DNA of 63,854 nt, filler included, from Thelocarpon superellum (GCA_026025795.1; 10 parts of 10 records of this genome joined end to end with filler, not necessarily neighbours in it), one strand, 5' to 3'; counted from the first letter of the whole stretch, positions 47,654 to 60,783 are shown. Translations and numbers: made by a program. Notes: generated by a model from the sequence alone, not told the origin.

Positions 47654-50600
47654 CTGGACGTCTGCACTCCGGCCCGTCAGGACGGCAGCCACGTCCAGGA
47701 TGCGGGAGCGGCGGGCGGCGAGCGGCGACGACGGTGGCGGAGGTCCGGATACGGAGAGGAGCGCTCGATGCGCGGACATAGGAGACAGGTTGCCAAGCCT
47801 CAAGGTCGAGAAGCGCCCCCTGGCCAGGCAAGCTGACACGCACGTCTCCGACCAGACAGGGCGACACCGATTCGTGGGCCGGGGCGGAGGGAGGACCCGG
47901 CGGCGGAGATGGCGGCCGGGGGCAGGATCGAAGGAGCGGCGGGAGGGGCGCGGTGATGATGAAGCGAGTCAAGGAGGTCGTCGGCGACGTCGATGAATGC
48001 TGCTCCTGCTGCTGGCGGGTGACGAGGCCGCTCGCTTGGCCTACGGGCAACTCGTAAGAAGACTGGTGGTGGTCGGACGGATCCTCCGTAGGGGTACGGG
48101 TACCGGTAGGGATCGGATGGGCTCTACGCTGGACCTGCACCTTCATCACTTGGGGAAAGGTAAGCGAAGCTCGGAGCCGCGAATCTTGCAAGCGACCGTC
48201 GAGTCAAACGAACGCCGCCGCCGCCCGACTAAGCCCAAGCGGTGCTAGGCGCACCTGGCGGCCACTCTGCCTGAATGTCTCGAATCGCTCCAGACTGCCG
48301 GACAATAGTCGTCCTTGGTAGTTAATACTACTACTACTAGTAGTACAGTACGAATGCAAATTACCTTCTGGGCCAGTCCCAATATCTACGGATACGGGGA
48401 CGGGTTCCTATAGTACTCACTGGTGGACGTGGCAGGAGACATACGCACGTCAATGGCTCCGATGGCGCGGCGGCCCAATTGTTGCCGATGTGGGCCTCAA
48501 GCAAGAGGAAGAGGCGTTGCGAGGCCACTCCGGTCTAGGGTCTGCCACGGGCAATGGCCCCGAAAGGCTGTGAGGGGATTGGCAAATGCCACAACCAGAC
48601 TCGCACCACCAATCTCACCCCACCAACCAGGCCGGTCCTTGGTACGGTAGCCAGGACAAGCTGCACATGGCGTACTGACTGTTGCGCGGTAAAACCAGGC
48701 TGGCTCTCATGCTGCCTCTGTCGCCGCGGTGCCTGCACCCAGTCGCCATTCGTCAATCAATGGAGCCAATCGACCTATCCTTAGCCGCCAATCAGACTCA
48801 GCCTGGATGGCGCCACCTCTTCACACGACGCAAAGGCCGGTACAAGTACTTTCTATGTACCATGGTGGATTCGTGGCGGCCGCATCGCTGCCTAGAGCTC
48901 CCTGTCTCGCATGATGTCCGTCAACGCCAAAGTCGTGCAAACGTCAGGGCCAATACGACACGCCGCTGCCCATCGCTTGGTGCGACGGTCGGCGCCTGGC
49001 TCTCCAGATGGACGTAGTTCTCCAAGGCATATGAGTTTTAGGCCAGTACTTGGAGCATTTTCGTCCAGACCAGGCGTGGCAAGGTCGGGAAACAGAGACC
49101 GCCCACCGTTCCTGGCCGTCGCTCCCGTCCCCGTTCATGCACCAGGATCCTTGGCACGCATCGGCGCGAATGAGGATGAAACGCATCAACTCGAAGGGGC
49201 CCACCATCGTCATGGTGGACCGTGCTCGGTGGCCAGTTAAAGCTCACTTGACGGCCCATCCGAGTCGGGTTACGTAGAACTCCGCCGCGGCCTGCATCAT
49301 GCGGTTGCTGACGATTTCCACCTTCGCTTCTGATGCCCAATTTTTGGTCGACGACGGTCATCGGACGCTCGTCGGAGGACGAGATGAGGCCCCTCTCAGA
49401 GCTGCTCCCCCAATTGATGGCGAGACGGTATGGAGACCGGATCATGTACAGAGGTTCCCGCCGTTCTGCCACTACTGATGAGAGTACCGAGTTAGGGCAC
49501 CGTAACACTTCGTACTTTGAACTGTGGACTTCGTTTGATCTTCGCTCCAAACATCTCCCGTCTCACCATCATGCTCCGCCTTGTGGAAACGTTCAAGTTA
49601 TGCTTACGGGTCTCTTGGGCCCCCACATGTGTCCCCACCCCCCCACCACGTTCAGAAGCTAGGCGGTCGCAGCTTCGCCCCGCCCAAGCTGTCACCAGGT
49701 CGTGCCATGCTGCTCGTAGGGCCGCGTCAATCCAGTGTACTGCTGTGCATTCCGTACCCTGGACTACATCGGCCATGCCGTCCGGGATGGCGTTTGCTGC
49801 GCCGTCTGAGCCTGGGAGCCTTGGGCCAAGCCGCACTCTCTCGGCACCATTGTAAGAACGATGTTCAGCCGTGACGGCAGAGAATATATACGCTGGGTGG
49901 GTCCCAGGCCATGATGCGCGCTCTACTTATCGTCTTCTCCGCCGCAAGTAGTGTCTCTCGAAGTGCGGCGACATAGTCCAGTCGTACGCTCATCGGCCCT
50001 TGCCATATCGTCGCTCAGCATGCTCTACGTCGTGCTCACCGGCGTCGGTTTCTGTGTTGCTCTCCTCTTCTCCGTCTTGGGCTAGCGGGAGAAGTCCACG
50101 GCCTTCGGGGCCTCTCGCTCCCACGAGTCATGGGCCACGACCATGTGTCTCCTGCACGAAGCGACGATTGCACCCAGAGGTACCCCTCATCCTTGCGACG
50201 ATCGTCAGAGGGATGCGCCTGACGCAGCCTACATCAAAGGTCTTCCCCTCATACGCAGGCTTCGTACCCGTGCAAAATGCGGGCAAGGTCTTCGTCCACG
50301 AGGCTTTTAAGTGACGTCCGAGCACGCGGTGGCGGACAGCAATGTTGGCGGAGGGCGATGCGCAAGGCGCGGTCGCAGTGTACTTAGATTAAGGGCCCGA
50401 GATAGCACTCAAACTACATCTATGGATGAAGACTCGGAATCGCGACAGGCCGGCCGGGGTGTGGGGCGGAGAGATCATCGCGCCTCAAGGCACATGGTCG
50501 CAGCGACCGAAGACAAGAATGTGTCACGGTGAGCGTGGGAATGGGTGCGGGGCTGCGCGGCGCCCCTCGTTACTCGTGCTCGCACAAATAGATCTCCCAC

Positions 50601-50663
50601 GCCGCTCCCACGGTCCCCCGGTCCCCCGGATCCCCCCAGTCCGCCCAGCCCCCGCCGCTATTT

Positions 50664-50671
50664 TGACGTCA
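50664..50671. promoter_or_regulatory. Perfect CRE palindrome TGACGTCA about 100 bp upstream of the ARO80-like ATG
   Basis: Exact ATF/CREB consensus in a plausible position; a single 8-mer could be chance. Confidence 0.3.
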
Positions 50672-50771
50672 CGCCAACGGGGGGCGGAGCCGCCGCAAAC
50701 CGAGCGCCCCGACGATCGCCGCCATCGCAAACGCAGTTTCTCGACCAGCAAGGCGACGTCGACGCTGACGG

Positions 50772-53664
50772 ATGATGGCCACGACGGGGCTGCAGTATGC
50801 ACCGGGCAGCCAGAGTCCGAACAACGGGTCATCGGCCTCGCTGCCCTCGCATAAGCGCGTCTACCAAGCCTGTATCCCGGTAAGTCCAGCGCCGCCCTCG
50901 GCCGACCGCGTGAAGCCCGGCTAAGACGCCACAGTGCCGCCGACGAAAGGTGCGCTGTGATCTGGGAAGTGTCGACGAACCCCATGATCCGCCATGCCAG
51001 CGCTGTCGCCGCGAGAGCAAGGACTGCTTCTTCTCCGCCACGCGTCGGAAGCGGGGATCGGGCGATGGCGCTGACCTCGATCTCGACGACGACGTCGAGG
51101 ACGATTACAGCGTGCGCAATGGCCGGAAGAGACTTCGCATGTCCACTACCCACGACGGCGCCAGTCCTCCCACGACCAATCTTCCGTCGTACACGAGTCC
51201 CGGCTCCCATCCTCCCGCCGCCCACCTCGTGTCCGGCACGCAGCAGAGCCCGACCGGTCTACAGCAGCCGTTGACGCCCGGGGGATCGTGGGGCCGAGCC
51301 CGACCGCTCGCACGACCGGACGCCGCCGTCAAGTCTCCCTTGTCGCCCTACTATCCCTCTGTCGACGCCGCTCGCCCGCCGCAGCCGTCGGCGCGCGCCG
51401 CAGCGGCCACTGCAGACAGCGGCGATGACGACCAGCGACTGACCAATCGGCTCTGGGAGGCCGAAGTTTACAATGGCCATGACGCGCTGAACCTACTGTT
51501 CGAGGCGGCCGGCCGCTCTGGAGACATGGGTAACGCTGACGTGGGACCCAAGTCCGATCCCACCCGGCCATCGCATGCCGCCGTCGATGGTCCTGCACGC
51601 GTCAAGGTATCGAGCAGGAGCCAGACGCATCAGCGGATCGGCAGCGCCTCCCATATCAAGGAGATGGGGCCCCCACGACCCAAGCAACGACCGCCCGTCG
51701 TCCCGACGGACTCCAGCGCGCACAGCTCAGGGACACCCTCACGGCAGTTTTCCGGGAGCCGGGTGGACAGTCCGGAGCTAGGAGATGCCTTGAAAGCCTG
51801 GTCCAGACTACGATTCGTTCGCGCGGGCTGGTTCACGGCTCGTGAAGCCATCGATTACATTGATTAGTAGGCTTCTGCAATCCTCAACGCGTGCACCGAT
51901 GCTGACAAGACGGCGCCCATAGCTTCTACACCTACCTCGGCCCGTTGACGCCCGTTCTCCCACCCATGTACCACGCGCCGACGACACACTCCGTGCTCCT
52001 CTCCGATGAGCCAATCCTGACCGTGACGCTCCTCACCATCTCATCGCGCTACATGGAGTTATCCGGACCTGGAGGTCGTTCACGATCCTACGCCATCCAC
52101 GAGAAGCTGTGGACCTACCTCCGCGGCATGATTGAGCGCATGGTCTGGGGGCAGGAGCAGTTCAATGGAGGCTTCGGCAAGGAGGGGGAGGGCCAGACCT
52201 CCAGCACCGCGCCCTGGCGTGGCCTGAAGAAGGGCAGCCTGCGCACCCTTGGCACGGTCGAGAGCCTCCTCCTGTTGACCGAGTGGCACCCACGTGCTCT
52301 GCACTTTCCACCGGGCGACGACGGCGATGAACTCGTCGTCAAGGACGATCTCTCCCTGCAACAGGATGGTTCCGACAACGGGCAAGGCGTGCGCGACCAG
52401 CGTGGGATCGGTGGTAGGCGTATTGAGAGTTGGCTGGAGCCGGCATGGAGAAGCGACAGGTATTTTCCTCCCCCTCCGCTGCCCCATGACGTGAGCCAAC
52501 CGGTGGAATGTAGGATGTGCTGGATGCTGCTTGGGAACGCGTTGGCCTTGGCCTATGAGCTCGGTGTCTTCGATGACGGCACCGTGACCAAGGCATTTGG
52601 AGTTGAGCCTCCACGACCTGATCGCGAACTACAGTCCTATCGAGTCCGGGCGAACCGCGTGCAGAAGCTCCTCTACGTGTACGTGACGCAGCTGGCGGGG
52701 AGACTGGAGTGGACGAGCATGATCCAAGACGCTCCGCTCATCGATCGGGAGGATCATGGAATCGACGTGTCCGTCGCCAAGATGCAAGCCGCGGCGTCCC
52801 ATCTGGACGAGGGTGGCATGGATGACGCCTTGGTCGACGACGCCATCCTCGATTGCTGGATCAAGATTACGAATCTCATGAAGACGGGCAATGAGCTGAT
52901 CTTCCCTACCAGGAAGGTGACGCGAGACCTGATCCGCAGCGGACGTTACGTCAGTCTGTTGGAAAGCTTTGCTCCCAAGCTCCGAAGCTGGCTCGAGGAC
53001 TTTGAGCGGATTCAGAGTACGTGAGTTGACGAGGGAGGGAAGGACTGTTGCTGATTCCCTCGACAGTGCCTGACTTTATCCGCTTCGTCCTGAGGATCGA
53101 ATTTGAGTATGTCCGGGTATACATCAATTCATTGGCGCTGCAAGCGGTGGTGGAGCGATGCACCAACAACGCCGGCAATAGCGATTTGGCGCTCCCACCT
53201 AATCCTCGAGACCGGGCCGGAACCGTGGCCTTTTCGACCTTGATGGGTCCCAAGGACCAGGAATATACCAGGGATGTGGTCGACGCATCCCGAGATCTGC
53301 TGCGAACGGTCGTGGAGGGCCTGCTCCCTGGGGACTACCTCAAGCATTGTCCTGTTCGGACATACTTGTAGGTCGCCACACCGCGGTCTACAACTACGAG
53401 GCAGTGCTAATGAATCACAGCCGCATCATCTCGGGAGCCATGTTCCTCCTGAAGGTGAGATCTTTTCTGCCGGACCTTGATCATCGGAACTGACTCTCGG
53501 TCGCAGACCTTCGCACTTGGCGCCAAAGAGGAAGATGTAGCGATCTCCCTCGGACTGATGGACAGCACGGTCGAAGCGCTCCGGAACTGCATCGTGGACG
53601 ACGTGCACCTGGGGATCCGATTTGCCGAGCTGCTGGAAGTGCTGACGAAACGCATCCGAAGTCG
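50772..53664 (+). CDS. ARO80: Zn(II)2Cys6 transcription factor, Aro80 family; 3' end truncated
   Basis: [43 protein letters not shown] across intron 50880-50934; [30 protein letters not shown] and LKHCPVRT. Confidence 0.9.
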
Positions 53665-54069
53665 NNNNNNNNNNNNNNNNNNNNNNNNNNNNNNNNNNNN
53701 NNNNNNNNTTAATTAATTAANNNNNNNNNNNNNNNNNNNNNNNNNNNNNNNNNNNNNNNNNNNNCAGGGCAGGGCAGGGCAGGGCAGGTCGCGTCATGTC
53801 ACGTACGCAATGTCCACATTCAAAGCAGTTCCGCGTCACGCCCATCTGTAGCGAGAGTCACCGTCAGCTTCTCGGGCTGAGACTGGAGAAGGCCATCACG
53901 ATGTTGAGGGAACTGCACTGGAGCGACGAGAGGTGAGAAATGTTTTTCTTTAGGACTGAAAGCAGGAGTCGGGTCAAGTCAGGACTGGAAAACAAGCGGT
54001 GGAGGGAGAAAGGGAGTGGAGACTGCCACTGGATGTGGACGTGGACATGGACGTGGTGACACCCCTCGG

Positions 54070-55356
54070 TCAGGTGAACGGAGGGAACAGGTTGCCAGAG
54101 GCCTGAGCGGACGGGGGCAGGCTCCGCAGTCTCGGGAGAAGACAGTTGCCCACGCAGAGTCCGGAGAATACCTTTACGTCAGGCGGCCCGAGCGATTCCC
54201 CCATGTGCGCCTTGAGCGCTTGGTAAGTCTCGTTCGTGACTAGCATCGCCTGCGAGGGGTCGACGGAGGCGTAACACTTTTCACACCACCATTCGTGGCA
54301 GCGATGGCACCAGCGGTTCTGGAGGCAGCTGGCGCAGCGGGCGTAGAACGGAGGAGGGCTGCCGTCCTCCGTCGCAGGAGGACGCTGGGCGGAACGGACG
54401 TGGGACGAGTGCAGAGGCGGAGGTCCTAGGAGCGGGAGGTGGTGCGAAGGCGACGTGCCCAAGACCCCGGGCGACTCCGGCGACGAGCCACAGCTCTTGC
54501 AGCCGTGTGGCCCCAGGGCGAGGGTCGCTATGGCCAGCGGAACCGGTCGATGTGGGTGATGATGGCGCGGCGAGCGGCAGAGCACAGCGTCAAAGGCGAC
54601 GATGCCGGTGCATTCTTGAAGGAGCGGACCCCAGAGTGTGCTGACCGGGTGGTGGAACATGCTACCCGTGGCTTCGTACCATTCATGTCCGTGGTCCGGG
54701 TCGGAGAGCATTGAAGACGTGTCCTCGCTCGATGCTGTGGCAGGAGGTGAGTAGAGCGACGACTCGGGCAGGGGCTCATCGCGCTGAACAGCGTCCTGCT
54801 TCGACGCCATCTCGCGTTGACCAAAGAAGTAAATCGCCTTGACCTTAGGCGTACCCACGGCACGGGAAGGGTGGACGGCAAATTGGAGGTGCTGCATGAA
54901 GCGAATCTCGTCCAGGTGCACGACCTCGCGAAGGGACAGGATGCGGACGTTGAAGTCTTCGCTGGTCATGATTTCGCGAACCACCTTAAGCGGCACGGAA
55001 AGTCCGTCTAATACGAGCGTCTGGACATCTTGCAGGATTCTCATATCCTTCATTCGGTCGAAGACGCCAAGAAGCGCTTCGCTGTAGACGTCATCCTCGG
55101 ACACCCACGTTTCCGTCTGCTCAATCAACATGTCGTGCTGGGCGTCGGAGAGGGTGAACGGCTTCAAGCTCTGGAGCGTGGACAAGTCGACGTAGCGGAA
55201 GACGCCGGGGGTGCCAAGGATCAATGCGCGGAACGTCTTGGACGTCGCCGCAAGAGACAGGCGCGCGGAGAGGGGAAGATACGGGGCGACGTGGCGAAGG
55301 ACAAGCGTGACGGACAGCGCGTCCAAGAGCTTGGTAGAGCTGCCAGGCGTGGCCAT
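54070..55356 (-). CDS. F-box protein with Cys/His-rich C-terminal region
   Basis: N-terminal F-box-like LVLRHVAPYLPLSARLSLAATSKTFRALI; VQTLVLDGLSV; C-terminal CASCLQNRWCHRCHEWWCEKCY and CVGNC. Single ORF. Confidence 0.85.
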   Translation of the reverse strand: MATPGSSTKLLDALSVTLVLRHVAPYLPLSARLSLAATSKTFRALILGTPGVFRYVDLSTLQSLKPFTLSDAQHDMLIEQTETWVSEDDVYSEALLGVFDRMKDMRILQDVQTLVLDGLSVPLKVVREIMTSEDFNVRILSLREVVHLDEIRFMQHLQFAVHPSRAVGTPKVKAIYFFGQREMASKQDAVQRDEPLPESSLYSPPATASSEDTSSMLSDPDHGHEWYEATGSMFHHPVSTLWGPLLQECTGIVAFDAVLCRSPRHHHPHRPVPLAIATLALGPHGCKSCGSSPESPGVLGTSPSHHLPLLGPPPLHSSHVRSAQRPPATEDGSPPPFYARCASCLQNRWCHRCHEWWCEKCYASVDPSQAMLVTNETYQALKAHMGESLGPPDVKVFSGLCVGNCLLPRLRSLPPSAQASGNLFPPFT

Positions 55357-56236
55357 GATGCCTATCTCGAGGAAGACAGGAGGAGGGAGGGTGCCGGCTT
55401 CTCAACCGACTGATTGCGCGTGTGTGCCATCGAGAAAAAGGAATCATGGAGCATCAGGAAGATGGGCTCTCTTAACAGCGCGAGTTGTGGCACGACAGAG
55501 CGTGTGAATTGATCATAATTCGCAACAAGACGAGCAAAACGAAGGAGACGGGATCAACACAATCGTTCACTCATGATCGCCGAGAGGCCACGCAGACGCA
55601 CTGCGCGCGAACAGAGTATCCACAGATCACGTCGAGCGATGGCGGTTGTGTTCCGTTGATGTGAGGGAGTGCTTGCGTACCTCCCTACCCCGTGGACGTG
55701 ATGGTGCTACCGAATTAACTCGGAGGAACAGCTGGCATTGGGCACGCTAGGCCGCGAGTCGTTTAGCCCGGGGTAAGAGGACGGAGTGGATGGGCCGTCA
55801 TTTTGGCAGTACGAAGTACCGAGGAGGGGATCCCCGTCCAGTTTAGATGTTGGCCCCGGGCCTTTGCCTTTGCTCCGCTCGCCTGCGTTGGTCGGCCGCG
55901 GTCGAGCCTATATGGTGGGCCTGGTAGGGGCAGCGGTCGGCAATCGGCGGTCTGATTTGCTCTGATTCCGCCTGATTCGCTGTCGGTTCCTTGTCCGACG
56001 CTACTCGCTTGATAGCGGGCGTCAGCCCCTCCTACGTAATGGCCTTTGCCTCTTTGCCCCTCAGTTCCTCACCTCGTCACATCCTCAGGTCCAGCAGATG
56101 CGACCACAAGTCATTCATCCAACACCTCGTCCTGCTCGCGAAACAAGTCTCGTACAGGTCCTCACAGCTCAACCCAACACCCTAAGATACTTTCCAACTT
56201 CAGTTAAGTCTCTTACTACCACCCTGTCTCGCCATC

Positions 56237-57331
56237 ATGTCGACCACTGTCCACGTCACGAACATCTCCTCGCAGACGAGTGAGAAGGAGGTCCGGGATT
56301 TCTTCAGCTTCTGGTAAGAGACGTTTCTGCACCCGCCTCAATGTTTCATGCTGACTCGTGCAGTGGAAAGATCACCTCGCTCTCCATCACGCCCTCTTCC
56401 GCCGAAGCCGGAAGCGCCCTCTCGGCGACGGTGACATTTGAGAAGGAAACGTACGTTCGGAGCATGAGCTCCTCGATAACATGACGGCTAACTCTTTCCC
56501 AGCGCCGCCAAGACGGCCCTCCTCCTGGATAACACCCAACTCGGCCCCAGCCACGTTCAAGTCACCGGCTCCAAGAGCATCGACCAGATCTCGGCTACTG
56601 CGGGACAGAGTGAGGAGAGTCGGGACGAACACGAGATCCAACAAGAAGACAAGCCCCGCTCGCGCATCGTGGCCGAGTATCTTGCGCATGGCTACGTTTT
56701 GGGTGACCAAGCGCTCCAGCATGCCATCGAGCTCGACAACAAGCATGGCATCTCCCAGCGTTTCACCTCGGCCCTGACCAACTTCGACAGCAAGTACCAC
56801 GCCACGGATAAGGCTCGGTCGGTGGACGCCAGCTACGGCGTCACGGAAAAGGGCACCGCGGCGTGGCGTGGGCTGAACTCGTATTTCGAGACGGCTCTCG
56901 GCACGCAAACGGGGCAGAAGGTGGTGGACTTTTACTCCCAGTCGGAGAAGCAAGTCCGTGATATCCACGCCGAGGCCCGGCGTCTGGCGGACCTCCGCAA
57001 GGCCGAACAGGGCGGTGCCACGGGTCCAATGGGCATCCACTCCGTCCCGGGCACCAACAAGACCGCGTGCAATTGCGGTGGCAATGACGGCACTTGTCCC
57101 TGCGCGGCTGGCAAATGCTCCTGCTCCGGCTGCAGCAAGGCGGAGCAGACGTTTGCCTCGGATCACACAGCCACGGGAGCCGCACCCGAAGTCGCGGCTG
57201 CATCTCATGTGGCCCCGCTCGGTAGCAATCTCCCGGGTGAAGCGGTGGGTGGGAGCGCCGAGTTGGCCGCGACGTCCAACACGGCTCCCCTCGGCAGTAC
57301 GCTGGGAGGACAGCCGGAGAAGACGGGATGA
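56237..57331 (+). CDS. VIP1: RRM protein of the Vip1 family with C-terminal Cys cluster
   Basis: MSTTVHVTNISSQTSEKEVRDFFSFC|GKI..ATVTFEKET|AAKTALLLDNTQLG and QEDKPRSRIVAEYLAHGY; two introns. Confidence 0.9.
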
Positions 57332-57589
57332 AGCGCGGCATGAAGCGTCTCCACATCCCAGCCATTTGGTCGGAGAAGGCAACAGGATTGATCGAGCGTT
57401 GAATGTTCAAGGCAACTAGGTCTGAGCAGTGGCGAGTTGATTGATTGGCTGATTGATTCCATCCATTTTCCCGTGCACTCAACGAAACATATAGGTAGAT
57501 ACTCCTAGCCAGCAATGCGATATTCTAGCAAGACCTTGGGTTCACTTCCATCACCTGTACCTCTGTAGATGCGGAGGTACGATCCCGTC

Positions 57590-57832
57590 CTAGTTTTCCA
57601 CCCCTCGACCATCCTTACCCGTGGCCTGATCAGCCTTCGCATCCATCGCACTCGTCGGATTGCTCTCCAGGCCCTCGGCCTTCGTTTTCTCACTCTGCTG
57701 CTGGTTCCCGGCGTTGGAGCCGTCAAAGCTTCCGCCGTCCGCAAACTTGCCGCTGCTCGGCGCGTCCTGTTGCTGGGCGCCCGATTGTCGCTCTGGGTCT
57801 GGCGACTGGCGGCCTTGGTTGGTCGATGACAT
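57590..57832 (-). CDS. Small hydrophilic 80-aa fungal protein (hydrophilin-like)
   Basis: ACGATG start; NQGRQSPDPERQSGAQ and GLESNP motifs; no Trp or Cys. A canonical 5'-UTR intron 57907-58010 (GTAAGT..ACTAAC..CAG) supports transcription. Confidence 0.8.
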   Translation of the reverse strand: MSSTNQGRQSPDPERQSGAQQQDAPSSGKFADGGSFDGSNAGNQQQSEKTKAEGLESNPTSAMDAKADQATGKDGRGVEN

Positions 57833-59250
57833 CGTAGCTGGACCGGATTGTACTTTGATTGTAGGATTGGAGAGGTCGTATGCGTGGATGGAACGGTTGA
57901 CGTGCGCTGTAAAGCGTTAGTCGCTGCTCTTCTTCTTCTTGCATGCGTCCCATTGCGTCATGTGCTCAAGCAGATAGAGAAGAGGTGGAGGGCGTAGGCT
58001 AAGCACTTACTCTATCTCCGTTGCTTCTCAATATTGCACTTTTCCAGGTCGAATGGTCCCGATAGATGAAGATGGTAGAGAGACGATGGAGAAGAATCGT
58101 ATCGTAGACTGGATTACTTACCCTTCTATGCCCTTCTCACTTTCTTGGTGATGAGTGATATTAGTAGTAGCAGCAGCAGCAGGCGAAATTGTGGTACGCG
58201 GGGCTCTGCCCGGCTACGTCATCATGACTGGCCCTCCCCGTCGTCGTCTCTACGCGGAACATTACATGTCCACCGTCATTGTGAAGAGAGTTCTTGGCGT
58301 TACTATTGCATGTGAGCCAGGGAGAGCAGAGCACACTCTAACATAATAGCGATAAGCATAACCACTGCCGTACAAGAACCATCTTTCATTCTGCCGGCTG
58401 ATACCCAAGAAGATGCGTTTTGGCGATCGTTGAGCTGGAAGTAGCTCGCGATGCCAATGAGCGGTGGAGGGCTCGGTCCTACACTTATCTGACAGGGAAG
58501 AGATTGCATGCTCCGACAAGGACTTTTGACCTCTGACATATTCTGAGACCCGGATGAAGGCTACGGTCGGTGGAGGAAGGTTGACGGTTGCCATGTCCGA
58601 CGATAGCCGTGGTTCCTCTTCTTAGTTACCTACTCCCACCTCACATCTGCATCCATGCATGTGCCCAGTAATCGCACACTTTACCTGCTCAGGCACCGCA
58701 AGACAGACATCCATGGGAGCCCTCGCAACAACAATAGCTGGCATGTTAAACGCCCCAGGCGGGCGACATTGCTGCGTTCGACGATGGACTTAGCGCCTTA
58801 TTAGTCGTTCTACGGGGTCAGATGATAAAGGTACGGAGTACATCGGAGACACTCGACGACGGCTTTATTATATGGGGCACTGGGGGTCGGGGCTAATGCT
58901 ACGTTCGACGATACTCTTAGCTCCGGCTGTGAATAGTACCACCCTTGTCTTAGTCGCGCCAGATGGATGATCGTCTTCGCACCAATCCAGCCTACATCCC
59001 GGATTGGCTCTGTACAGGCTCTGTACCTTGCAGGACTATGCTTCCTGGCGGGGATGGTTGCCTGTCGTAGCCAAGGACCGGTGTTGCCGCTCCCCTTCTT
59101 AAGCCGATAACAAAAATGGCCCCACGCAATTTCTCGATCAGTTTGGTCATGTCCTGTCTTTCCTGACGCCCTAGCAAAGCTGCGGGTCACGGTGGCTCAT
59201 CCTGAACACCGCTCCTCCACCCATTGTTACACCCTGAAGAAACAAATTGA

Positions 59251-60315
59251 TCAATTCCCACCGCCAAGCCCGACACTCCCAGCGCTCTCACCAACCTTGA
59301 CCGACTCGTCGTCTCCGTCTCGATCTTCGTCACGTCCTCGGACTCGGCCCACTTCGGTCACAGCATCGGTCCGCCCGCCGACGCTGGCACCGACGCTGCC
59401 GCTGGTGCGGCGACCTCGATCGCTAATAGACTGACGTCGGGCATGGACCACTCGCTCGAGGTCTCGGACCCGTCGTCGCAGCATCTCATTCTCCCGCTTG
59501 ACCAACTCCAATTCGGCGCGGTGAAACGCTGTCTCTTCGTAACGAGCCGTTGCCACGCTAGACGATGGCGGGGATTGTGCCCGCTCTGGACCGGCCGAGA
59601 GCGGTACTGCATGTACGGGTCCTGAGGTAGCGTGATGCACAGAGAGCGACTGGCGATGGTGATGGGCATAGTAGGGTGGGAGATGCTCGCCGTGGGGTAC
59701 GGACGATTGTGCCGAGGAGAGGGACGGGGAGGACGCGCCCGAGCGACGAGAGGAAGTCACCGAGTTATGCCGGCTCAAGCTCTCACGCGCCCGCTCGGTC
59801 GAGACCCGTGGGGGGGCAATTGTGGTGGGGTGCGTGCCAGGTCCGGAAATGGCACTGCCTGCGACCCCAGCCGTTGTCCATCCAGCCGTGCTGCCACTGA
59901 CGCCACTGGACGTCGATGCGGGCGTCGTCATGCTTCGACTGCTGGTGCTCGACGAAGACCGATGGTGTCGTCGTTGCGATGGCGTGGTCACAGTAGGACC
60001 CGCGAGAGAATGAGAGTTGACGCCACCCTCCGCCATATCTGCGATCCCGGTCGAGGTCGATGAAGTCGTCGAGACCACCGACGCCGATTGCTGTGCACGC
60101 AACATCGACAGCTCCCGCGTAAGACGATTGACCTAGAGCCTCTAAGTCTACTTGAACGTCTCCTGGGTATGGGGTGATAAGCCTACCACGGCCTCCTGCT
60201 CCTTCTCAAGTTGCAAATGGAGCTCTGCAGCGGTCAGTGGCCTGGGATGGCGGAGTGGGCCAGGCCCGGTGCCAACGCCGGTATTGTCCCCGCGAGCGTA
60301 GGCGACGCTCATAGC
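59251..60315 (-). CDS. Conserved fungal coiled-coil/Ser-rich hypothetical protein, probably 5'-truncated
   Basis: HPRPLTAAELHLQLEKEQEAV|VNRLTRELSMLRAQQ across intron 60133-60186; second coiled coil RAELELVKRENEMLRRRVRDLER. Confidence 0.82.
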
Positions 60316-60783
60316 NNNNNNNNNNNNNNNNNNNNNNNNNNNNNNNNNNNNNNNNNNNNTTAATTAATTAANNNNNNNNNNNNNNNNNNNNNNNNNNNNN
60401 NNNNNNNNNNNNNNNCGACATTCTCTACTGCTTGCATCTGACAACTCTTGGGTTTCTTCTCCATCATCAATTGCATTGTATTTGTATCATTTGCACGTTT
60501 CTTCCACCCTGGACTGTTCCTGTCTGTCTGCCTGTCTCTAGCCAGCGATTAAATGAACCTTTCAGCCAGTCCAATCCAACCCAACCCAATCAAAGGCAGA
60601 CCAGGTCAAGCCAAACCAAGCCAAGCCAGTTCAGGGACCGTGGAACGCGTGATAGTACACGTGACGCCGCAATCCAATAACCAGATTCCCTGACTGTCGC
60701 ATACTCGGTGCTCGATGATGCACACCCCAGATCTCACGATGGGAACAGAAGTAGATTACACAAAAGTAGTAGAAGACTGGACA

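Noticed and set aside
47654..50771. Many 60-290 aa ORFs between STE50 and ARO80
   Set aside because: No recognisable domains or splice-consistent models; best read as a divergent promoter and UTR region.
6642..60415. Regularly spaced TTAATTAATTAA palindromes flanked by Ns, resembling a repeat system
   Set aside because: Artificial six-frame-stop linker between length-sorted contigs; any cross-linker gene cluster is an artefact.
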